DNA of 61,511 nucleotides, counting the filler, from Sluysia triapertura (lineage: Eukaryota): the NCBI GenBank assembly GCA_046118255.1. It is 4 parts of 4 records of this genome, joined end to end, with 100 filler letters (N's around TTAATTAATTAA, not from the genome) between each part and the next. Parts side by side here need not be neighbours in the genome. Positions count along the whole stretch, not along the records: positions 24,075 to 44,384 come from JBJNIA010025507.1; positions 44,485 to 61,511 come from JBJNIA010193493.1; 2 more parts are not named here. One strand, given 5' to 3'. Shown piece after piece: positions 40,140 to 51,500 of the stretch; the stretch's first letter is position 1, and each line of letters begins with the position of its first letter. A model generated the notes under the pieces. That model ran no database searches. It was not told the DNA's origin and worked only from the letters and a program-made list of their open reading frames with translations. The translations under genes and the position numbers were made by a program.

Positions 40140-40580
40140 ATAAGAATAAAATGAATGATTTTTTAGGAAAGTGAACAAATGCAGCTGCCACTATGTCCCT
40201 GTTTTCAGATGAACGAACTGTTTTCGGACGACCTTCTTTAGAAGCATTTGTCACACTTCCAGTTCCTTCAAATATGGATACAAGACTGAACACTGTCGAC
40301 TTGCTCGGTACAGGTGTTTTGAAGTTTGCTTTCCATCTTTCTTCAACATGCTTGTAGCTAGTCATTGCTTAGTAAAGCTTAATAACGAAGATACGTTCGT
40401 TTAAATCTAAAGAATGAAGAAGAAGGTCCAGAATGGCACGCTGAACAAAAGTCATTCCATATACTACTACTATTCGCAGAAGGAAATGAATAGTAGCGAA
40501 GATAACACATAAAATGACATAAACGAGGAAATTACATTTGTGGTTTTTGATGTCTAATTTTTATTTAAGTTTGGGGTTCG
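40140..40580 (-). mobile_element. Second copy (5' part) of the same mariner-like family
   Basis: [41 protein letters not shown] region; nucleotide blocks shared with 36090-36320 (ataacgaagatacgttc, attcgcagaaggaaatgaa). Confidence 0.8.
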
Positions 40581-40749
40581 TTTATAATAGTAGCATTTTT
40601 ATTTTGGTTTTTGCTGAATAAAGTGATAGGTAGAGATATCTATTGCAAATAATAAAGATTCAACTTTTGAAATAATTAATAATTATTCTAATTCGAAAAG
40701 TATGATTTTTAAGACAATTCTTAATTTGAAATAAATTACAATTAATTGT

Positions 40750-40750
<1 letters not shown>

Positions 40751-40796
<46 letters not shown>

Positions 40797-41015
40797 TGAT
40801 GATGATAATAATAATAATATATTAATTTATATTGCGCTTAAAAATAAATAATTCATTATAATATTTCTGAAACAGAAAAAACTTTGCCTTTTTCTTAAAT
40901 GTTTCATAATCTATCAGTAATTTGACATTCTCTGGTAGTACTGGTTGTATATTTTTGAAACATAAACAGTATACAACCTATCACCTAGCTCTTATTATCA
41001 CTGTGGATTCTGTTT
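40751..41015 (-). mobile_element. L2/CR1-type LINE 3' end copy with long (ATT)n tail
   Basis: Reverse complement of 24250-24441, including the tail; a shorter third copy lies at ~34245-34315. Confidence 0.8.
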
Positions 41016-42194
41016 CAATGAAATATTCATCTTGTTATCCAAATTTTTTATTATTTCTAATAGATATTCAGGACTTCCGCAATGTAAGCATTTGTAAATT
41101 ATTGTCATTATTTTGAATTCTATTCTTACACCTTACTTAAGATAAGGTGTTATATGAGATCTTTTTCCCACTTGGAGAATTAGTCTTGCTGCTTAATTAA
41201 TTATTAATTGTCATTTTTTCACTTTTTTAAAATGTTTAATAAATGAAAGTGAATTCGACTGTGATCTACGACTTAAGGACTCATTCACGGATTTTCAAAT
41301 GAATTTAGGAACTACTGATGATTTATGTATTGTAATTTAAAAGGTCAACTCAAAATCAACCACTACTAACTCAAATTTTTAATAATAAATTTATTAATTA
41401 TTTTAACCTTGTTATAAAACGAGATGAAAAAGGTTACTCCGTTTTAATTTGGAGATACAAAATTTATGATTTTATTTATAATCCTAATATTTTAACTTCG
41501 CTTTAAATTGAGTTCAGAGATGCTGCATATTTTAAATTGCGAGATAAAAACATAAATTAATTTAAGTTAATTTTATTGAACTTTAAACAGTGACAAACTT
41601 ATTACAATAAAAATAATAAAATCAATTGAGTGGTCGATCTGTTTTTAATTAATATTGTCTATAATCTCATGAATAATCCGATGATGTCAATGATCAGCAC
41701 GTATTAATTTCTTGTTCCAGATTACAGTGATTATTATCTTTTTTGTTGCTGTCATAAAAATTCGATTTATAAAATTTGAAGGTTTTATATTATTCACTTA
41801 CTTTTCTAAAAGTTTAGAGTTTTAAGATGAATAGAAATCATTGATTATTGACAAACAAAATGAAAATGCACTTCAAATTTTCATTATTCCAATTTGAATT
41901 ACTTATCATAGATCCAACACATTTTACAATTCGATAAATATTAAATATTGCATTGTTTGAGGTCGTGCTGAATTTTTTCTCTTTTTTCCACATTGAATAA
42001 ATTTATTTCTACAAAGATTTTCTACTAAGATCATACTACGACTAATAAGTTTGTCGTTAATATCGTTAATATAATTAATAATTTTATATATAGTTAATAT
42101 TCCTGTATATAATCAATATTTATTTATATAATCAATATTTCTCTATATAATTAATATTTATTTGTATAATCAATATTTCTATTTATAATTGTAG

Positions 42195-43100
42195 TGGTCA
42201 ACAATTGTAACCTCAATCTAAAACTGATAATCATAAAATCTCACTTCATCAAAATATCATTCTCTCAACAGACATATCTTTATTCTACAACTGCACCATC
42301 ACAAATACCACAAAACAATATTTCACAATCACAATACCTCACTACCTTATACTCACCAACAAATGAATTTATACTTTAACCATCTCTAACTTAACAAACT
42401 TCTACATTCAGCTCAAACAATCCACAATATTTATTCATTAAATACCTCATCAAATAACTCATAATCATAAATATAATAGCATGCAAACAATGTTAACAGT
42501 TCCTTCAGAAACATAGGTCAACTACACCTAAATTCTAACCAACCTTAATCATTTCATATTTATATAAACATCAAAAACAAACACTCGCAACAATACCATA
42601 AAATAACATTCGATATTCACAACACCTTAGCAATTCACATACATCAACAATGCAACTAACACCTCAACCATCTATAGCACAACAAACCCCAACACCTTAT
42701 CCCAAATAATTCATAACAATTATTCACCTTATACTTAATTAAATAAATTACAATTACAGTATAAGCTTCATAAATCACAAATACAATAACATCTAAATAA
42801 CGTTAATAACTACTTCAGAAACATAAATCACTTTTATACAAAATCATAATCATCAACACTGGTCTAAACTCATTCCATACAACAATATCCATTATTCTCA
42901 ATCATCTACATTAACGTTATAATATATCTAAATTTATTTTGCAATCATTTTTAAAGACTAAAATAATCTTAACCTCTTAACAAGCATTTTAAACTCAATT
43001 CTAATCTTGTTTTCAATTTATAAAGCTTCAATAAGTTCCAGTAAATTATGTCAATATTTTCCATTTCGTTTACAACTTTAATCATTACACGTTCCAAAAA
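42195..43100 (+). mobile_element. Probable highly decayed Penelope-like element
   Basis: Strand almost devoid of G; IACKQC*QF...(I)GSTT at ~42475-42530 resembles the PLE GIY-YIG motif YxIxCxxCxxxYIGxT. Confidence 0.4.
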
Positions 43101-43829
43101 TAAAAATAAATTTCATATAACTTTAAAGAGATTCATTATCATACTGTGAAGCAACAATCAACAATCATATATTATACACTTAGTAATTGTTGCTCCTTCA
43201 CAGTTCATCTCTCTTTTTTTTACTTTCATTTTATGTCAGAAAATCTAAGAATAAGAAACATCATGTTAAAAGACGTAAAGATTTATGCGGTTGTTCTTTT
43301 TATCAACAATAATAATAATAATAACGTTATTACCGATGTCATTTTCGTTATTATTATTATTGTTATTATTATTATTACTAATGTTATATTATTATTATTT
43401 ATCTCATCAACAAGTACAACCAGGTACCTAAATGCAAAAATTAAATTTAATTAAAATTAAAAATGAAATAAAAATTAATTTCGTTGTCTAAACTGGTTAC
43501 CACCAGCACCAACGATGACAGCCTATTTACATTTTCATCATGCTGTCAACGTTGATGATGGATGGTAGCCAGTCATCAACATTTTTATCATCTTTCACTC
43601 TTGTTAACACTCCACCCAATCAGAAGCGCCATTGTCTTATTCTTGAATAACTAATACGATTGGGTGGAGTTAACAATAGAAATTAAAAATTAGACCAGAC
43701 AAAATACTAGCGACTAGACAATCAAAAATAAAGTTTTCAATTACTGGCTGAACGATCAAAAATAAGCTAAAATAAAAACTAATTGTCAAGAAATTATTCA
43801 AATCCTCATTATACAATACTGACTGTCAG

Positions 43830-44384
43830 ATGTTTCAATTAATGTTTCAATCACCATTTGATCATTACAAAAATCATATTTTAAGGAATTTTAACACTAA
43901 TCCACTATATGGAATGCCGGATAGTGCAAGACAATTACAGCTTTCTAATTCAATTTTAGTAGATTTACGAAAAGTCGTTATTGATATGTTTAATGAATTA
44001 GTTTTAAACATTGGAAAAAGTATACACCTTTTTACTCAAGTAATGGTAACATGTTACGTAAATAGTTCTCTAAAACATACTTTTCAATTATATTTTCCCT
44101 ACGTGCACGAAAATCCATCATCGTTTAACTATGAAGTAAATTATACATCCGAAATTAAAGTCCATGTCATCAACGAAAGTTATATTCATATATGTTTCTA
44201 TCAATTAGATAAAATCATTTATATCCATGTTAAAATGATTAAGAAATTATATGGGATGAAAGAGAATTCCATCAATGAACAAGACTCAGAATATTACAAT
44301 TTATCTATAAATTATTCGGCAATATTACTTACTGCGTCGACGCAAGAACAACAAGATTCAAGTGATTATCAAGATTATCGAGAA
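43830..44384 (+). CDS. Orphan ORF of at least 185 codons running into the gap
   Basis: ATG start and 555 nt without a stop in very AT-rich DNA; no recognised motif. Confidence 0.45.
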
Positions 44385-44484
44385 NNNNNNNNNNNNNNNN
44401 NNNNNNNNNNNNNNNNNNNNNNNNNNNNTTAATTAATTAANNNNNNNNNNNNNNNNNNNNNNNNNNNNNNNNNNNNNNNNNNNN
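44385..44484. other. Assembly join N44-TTAATTAATTAA-N44
   Basis: Same 100-nt construct as 12470-12569. Confidence 0.95.
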
Positions 44485-46049
44485 ACTGTAAACGGACTCA
44501 TAAATATTAATTATTTTTTGCTGTAGGTAAGCTTTTAGATTAGAAAAGAACCCAGCAATATAATATCTATAGCATAATTATCTTCCCTTTAGCTAAATAT
44601 TTTGCTACCTAATCAATTATTTCTACAATAAGTCAGGGCTTATATATTTCAATTGCTAAAAAACTGATCAAGTAGAACAGAAACAAGAATTATTTTATAA
44701 ATATCAAATAAAAAACGAATCCTTTATTTACTTATAGGGGAGTTGTGTACATGTTTAACATAGTTAAATATATCTTTAGTTTCTCTAAATTTTAAATAAA
44801 AGAGAAAAATCACAATTACAATTTAAAAATTAAACTAATAAAATAAAAGAAAAAAATAGCAATTAGTCCTGTTCATTTTGTTTAATCGTTCAATCACTTT
44901 TGAGTTTTTCAATCAAATATTCATAGCAGTTTAGGTCGACACAATGATAATTACGTGATGCGTTCTTTATAATAAAATACAAGATTGCTTTGTCAAGGGT
45001 GCTTCTTAATTATATCGTAATATTGAAATTAATAGTGGTAGTAATAATTATAATAACGATAATAAATGAATAAAAATATCATCAAATGATGCAAATAATT
45101 CTTTTGTGTAAAGTATGATAATAGTAACAATAATAATATAAATTTCAAATATAAATAATTGATCTAATTATTTCAAAAAACTGTAAATATTAAGCAATTA
45201 TTATAGTTAAAATCCGAAAAGTAATTATTTATAATTATACATTTATTGTTCGAAATATTGCAAAATAATTAAATTGAAATTACGATGCATGGAAAACGAG
45301 TATAAAAACATATAGTAAAACCAGGTTGTCAACGCAAAAAAAGGTTATACACAGGATTAAAGACGAAAATACATTTTTACATTATGAAGTGGTACAATTT
45401 GAAAACTTCGCAACAAGTGATCAACCATTTTTTAAAGAAAAGAACAAACTAAAACTTAAAATCTCAACGAATATTTTAAAGGTAGTCTTAAAATACTATT
45501 AAAATCATTTTTCGATATTAAGAATTTTAATATTTTTAAAGTATTATCTTGCAATTATTTTCGTGTCTTTGTTGCTTTCATTTTAAGTTATCAAATTATA
45601 ACCAAATAACTAAACAAATTCGGAAACTAATTCTTAATAAATTCTTTAAAATAAAAGAAAATTATACAACAAAAATTCTTTTATGATAGTACACCTAATA
45701 TACAAATAAAAATCAATTATTCTTTTAAAAACAATATGCATTCAATACATAATTTTATTATCAAATTTGAAGTTATAAGTCTTTAATTAAAAAACTTACC
45801 AGGGTTGACACAACAATAACAACAATAAATAATATTAAATAAAAACAAATTACTAACCATCTCTAGATCTTAATATATTTTAGTCCTCTGTTGAAGAATA
45901 AGCCTCAATCTCACTGTTTTCTACAAATGGATTGAGGTAGAGCTAAAAGTCTTTAATGTCTCTTTAGACTTTCCTTTCTTTGTGTCTGATTTTTCTATAA
46001 AAATATGATTAGTTATATAGCCGTTTTCTTACCGTTCCAAATCGTGTGT

Positions 46050-46640
46050 CAGGAAATGAGGAGAAACATATATAGCTATAAGATGAAGAGAAACTAGTAC
46101 AAATTGATGGATTGAACATTATAAAAATTGTTGAAATAAGAATCATGAAAGTAAAAACATCAATAATAATGTTGACAGCTAAAAAATACCTTAGCATTCA
46201 CAAGGTGTCGTGACCTTGTAGAAGCTTGGAAAAACTTTGAAGGCAGTAGAGATTCGAAGATCTTATTAACTTGATAAGCATTTGAGAAATAAAATCATCG
46301 TTCAAAATAATAAAGATAAATTTAATATGGTAATTAATATGAAGAATTAGAAAACGGAATCAGATAGGTGAACCTGAAAACATTTAGAGCCTCCTGAGTG
46401 CCTTACAAACTACTAAATAACTTTAAAACCTTAATACAACATAAATGAGATTAAGTCTAAAAATAAATTAATTAATTAAAATCTTAATTAACTTAGTGCA
46501 GAAAAAGAACGTTTTTTGAATGCCGAATGCTGTGTGTGTGTTTGTTTTGAAAAGACCTTTCGATGAATGTATAGTTTGACCAAGTTCATGCAAGGAAAGC
46601 CTTAATATTGAACAAAGGCAAATTTTAATTAATTCTTAAT
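46050..46640. repeat. ~600-700 bp dispersed repeat, copy 1 (direct repeat with 59220-59921)
   Basis: Collinear blocks ggaatcagata.gtgaa, gcctcctga.tgc, aaaatcttaattaactta, aaaagacctttcgatgaa.gtat.gtttgacc.agttcatgca and ttaattaattcttaat. Confidence 0.85.
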
Positions 46641-46646
46641 TATTAA

Positions 46647-46879
46647 CCCTTTCAACCCTCAATTTTTTTCCTTAAGATATATGGTGATTTATTGTCTTTA
46701 TAGATGATGATTTAGGAAAATGTATGAAAATTGTAAATATTGACGTGAAGTAAAAATATATAGGTCAAAGTTTAAACAAAAATTATGCTCTTCGTATTAC
46801 TTTAATAGGATCTTGCATAGCAGTTGTGTAAGAAAAAAATCGCCATTGACGCCATATGGCGGTTCCGGGGCTGAAAGGG
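46647..46879. mobile_element. piggyBac-type MITE
   Basis: TTAA|CCCTTTCAACCCT...GGGGCTGAAAGGG|TTAA; same family as 12348-12469, in opposite orientation. Confidence 0.85.
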
Positions 46880-47266
46880 TTAAGATGAATTAAGTATACA
46901 CGTAAAAACGACATTGCTTATAAATATGTAACTACCGACAAGATTTCCACTTCTAATACGTATACTTTTGTCACTGTGTACTAATACATATTTACAGTAA
47001 TTATGCATTAGTGAAAAATTACTCAAAAATCTCTAATTAATATTCAAACTATTGTCTTTTTAAATAAAAACTTTACAGTACTTCGCCTTTTGGAATTTCT
47101 AAAATATTATGCATAAGTGCACTTAACATTTGGATAATATTGCATTGATGCTTAGCATGAAGCATTGCCTCATACCTAACGAAGTAACTGGAAAGTGTGA
47201 AAAAGTACTAGTAACATTATTTAACGTCTAATACAATATATTCAATATACTAAACTTGAAAAATTG

Positions 47267-47345
47267 CCGTATTTCCCGAACTTTAAGGCACATCTGTAAA
47301 ACAATTTTTAAATTTTACATGCACCTTATAACCTGGAAAATACGA
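47267..47345. mobile_element. pogo/Tc2-type mini-MITE
   Basis: CCGTATTTCCCG...CTGGAAAATACGA-TA inverted ends, 79 bp. Confidence 0.55.
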
Positions 47346-48597
47346 TAATTGGTATTAAAAATATCTGAAATTTTAAAAATGTGAGTTAAATTTAAACTTT
47401 CAAATGCATTGCTTACTGAATCATGTCAGAGCTAGTGGTAGATTGACGCACTTCACGTTTTTAGTAAAATATAAAAACATAACTTCAAGTCGTTATCTCG
47501 AATATATTTATAAAAAGATCTATACAAAAACTTAATGCTGCTAGAGACAAACACTAATCACATGTTTAATATTATCATAATAATTATAAATTTATTGATT
47601 GCCTTTACTTAAACTGAAACATAAAACATCCATTTGACAACGGAAAACAGATCATTGGAAAATCAAAATTTTATATACAATGATTAAAAGAAAAACCAGC
47701 TGCTAATTTTCTTTAATATATTTTTGCTGTTATTCAAACAAAATTTGAAGTAGTGTTTTAATTAAATATATAAATTTTTTCGATGCTATGTAAGATAAAA
47801 ATATAATCTAATATCATACTCAAATAACTTGATTAAACTCATTAAATCTACATATTGTAATTTGTTCTAAATACTGTCTTTATATGCAGATGTTTAAAAT
47901 ACTATGCGAAATTTATTTTATAATTAAAAACGGATAAAATAAGTCATCCTTTCGTGTTTAAGCTTGCCTTAGAAATGTTGAAAATAAATTTAAAGGTAGA
48001 ATAAGAATAGTATACAAGTTATTTTTATCCTCTGTTATGCTAGCAAATTATGTGAAATTAGGAGCTAATTTTTTAATAATCAGGTGTAAAAATTGATTTG
48101 TTCAAATGTTAATAAAGCATAAAATATCAATATCATAAAGTTTAAATATTCAATTATTTTGTCAGCATCATAATTTTATTATAATGATAGCAATTAAAAA
48201 CAATTTGATGTTTTCTTATATGTAGTTAAATAAATTAAATAAACTACATATTTCGAAACAATGTTCATTATAAAAATTAGAATTTTCAATAAAATTATTT
48301 TATGTATTAAATTTCTATTTACAATCTAAAATTATTTAATAAAATGCTAATTTATATTTGAAGCAAATTATTTTTAATTGCTGCAAACTTTAATTTTACT
48401 ATAATATAAATTTAAAAACTCTTTAATTTTAAAATGTATCTTGCATGGGAATGCATCATAGACAAATAGGTAAAACCTGAATCTCTAAAATGCATTCATC
48501 CACACACTTGCGTAATATTTATAAGAAACAAAAATTAAAAATCAAGACAAAAAATTATGAATAAATACAAAGTATTGACGTATTGGATTTATTATTA

Positions 48598-51500
48598 TTA
48601 TTCAACTTTGGATCTCTTTGTACTAGGTACATAGTCATTTTGGTCATCATTATTTGATGTAATTAAGAGATTATCTGATATGAGTGTCGGTGTCAGTGAC
48701 GGATTAATAACGGAACTAATCGTACTAGTGGTAGTAGTACTATTAGTAGTAACACTAGGAGAATTAGATGTGATCAGGGAAGCACTACAAGATAAATCAG
48801 TAGTCTTATTACTGTCATTCGCTTCACTATTGACACTGAAGGAACCTGATGTATCTGTAGTCGAACTAGTCGCTGATGACGTATTAGAAGAAAGTGATGT
48901 AGTTATTATTGGTGATGTTATTTCTTTGGCTTCGTTACTTTGACCATTCTCTTCGTCCTCTTCATCATCCTCATAATCAACTAAGCCACCAAACATTACA
49001 GAGTTTTTATATTCCTGAATATATAATTACACAATATAAAATATTTTATATATTAAATTTACAACGCCACATATAAATAGCGTTATAAGAAAACATACTA
49101 AAATTTTAAATTGAAACCTAGAAAGCTTTTTTAACAGCCATACTGTAATAAACAAATAATTAATAGTTATAGCCAAAAGTTAATTTATTAACTTTAATAT
49201 CAATATTAGCATTAATCATTTTTCTGTTTTCATAATTTTGTAGGAAATTTAAAAATATTAGTTAAGTTCATTTACATAAGTTTATCTTAAATTAAATGAA
49301 TTACTAAAAATCACTAGGTACCTAAATTGAATGAATGTGAATCTCAATATATTAGCAAGTGGTTTTCAACCAGGGTTCTTCCAGTACACAATTAATAAAT
49401 TAGAACGAACAAATAAACATGTTAAATTCAATTTCGAAAATCTATTTTATTATCATTTATTGTTTAAATATACTAAATTTAACATAATTAAACTCGCTAC
49501 ATTTGAAGGATCAATTTGTCCTACCACTATTAGATATGTAATTATAACAACGCAAGACATGCAGATGAACATACACAGGATCTAATGCCGTTTGTTCAAG
49601 CTGAAGCCACTGCCAGCGATGATGCCTTGTCGAAATTATCAAGAAATGATGGAATTAGCCCACACCTAAAAATTCGTCAATCTTGTTAAAAATACGTAGT
49701 TCTAGGATTTACTTGGACTGGAAACCCAGATTGACTGTGTATTGTTTGTGGGGAGAAGCTGGCTAACAGTGCTATGGCACCAGCAAAACTGAAAAGACAT
49801 TTAACTAAACATCCACAGTTGTCGAGCAAAAATGAATATTTTAAACGAGAATTGAAATTTAATCAAAGGCAAGTTTTATGTTTGCCAAAGTGACAAAGGA
49901 CAAGAAGCAAGTTGTGCTGTAACGGAGATGGTTGCAAGAAAATGAAATATCTTACCATCGCTGAAACTGTAATTTTATCTAGATGCCAAGAAATAGTGAG
50001 GATGTTTGGAAAGGATATTGTATATAAAATTCCACTTTTTGACAACACAATAAGTAGACGCATTCAAGACATGTCAAGAGACATTGAATGCAATCTCTAG
50101 TCAGAAATACTGAAACATAAGTTATTTGCACTGGTAAAGCACAACTCCTCAAAGACTTCGTATAATATTTGAGTAATGGTCATTGGTGTTCTAAATTGGC
50201 ATATCCCGCCGATTTATTTCATGAACTAAACATATTGAACAATAGCATGCAGGACAGGAACGAAAATATCTTGTTTCTATTGACAAAATAAATGCTTTTC
50301 GGAGGAAACACATAGCTGCAAGAAATTTGGAAATGTTTCCAAGTGTTTCAAATAGGAATTCTCAAGAAATTAGGTTACTTACTTTAACAAATCTTGACAA
50401 GAATAACTGAAATAAAACCCCTTTGTAGAATCTGAGCCATCTAAAAAACAGATTACATTAACAGAAGAACTTGCTAGTGTTCCAAATGACGGGGCATTTT
50501 GAGCTCAACCTGAATGTATTTCTGTTGTTGATTGAAAAGGAATATCCTGCAATTGCCCAGAAAGCGCTACGACTTCTAGTGCAATTTTCAACCTCATATT
50601 TGTGTGAATTTAGATTTTCAGCTCTGACAACCATCAAATACAAGTGCTGTCTGTGGAAGATGAAATTCGGGTTGTCAGAAGCACGACCGGGCTCAAACTT
50701 CCTACTGAGTTTTTGATAGGAATAAATTTAGTCTGTTCAAACATGTAAAATTTTGTGTACAATACTTTGAACTTAACATATTACCTCGTAATAAGTTTTT
50801 ATTCGATGATCATTAAAGGAAAAAAATTTAACTTTATTCAAAAAAAGATTTACGTTAACTTGTTTCATATAATTTCTACATCTTTAAAAATGAAATTTCA
50901 TAATTATTTATCTCTTAATATTGTATGTAAACACTTAAATAATTATAAATAGCGTTTATTATTTTTACATTTTTAGTTACTTTATAATTTTATTTTAATA
51001 TGTAGATTTAAAATTAATCTTTACTTTATTGTAATTTATCATTTTACATCATTAATTTATAATTTAAAATTAATCAATTCTATAAGGACTTTACAAAATA
51101 TGTGTATTATTTATAATATTTATTTTATAACTTACTATTTTATATAATCTGCGTAATGTTTTTTAAAATTTCTACGATTTTCAATACATTTTCTACTTAC
51201 AACCAGGACCGAATCTAGGATTTAAAAAGCAAAGTGGTGCCCTTTCATACAAGAATTTACAAATTTACCACGAATTAAAAAAATAGTAAAAGGCAAAAAA
51301 TCAAAATTACACAATAAATGGTGTAAGAAAATTATTTAAAAAATAATACAATATCTAGTTTTGTGGTTATAAAAATTTGTGGTTTGCAGAAAAAATCGGT
51401 CTCACGAAGTGATCGATTTTAAATTATAAATTCTAAAAAAATAATGAATGTAAAAAAAATATTTTATTTTTGTATCGGCACTCGGCTTGCCCGCCCCTTT

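Noticed and set aside
48680-48943. Hydrophobic plus-strand ORF
   Set aside because: Antisense shadow of the Ser/Thr-rich last PPP4R3 exon.
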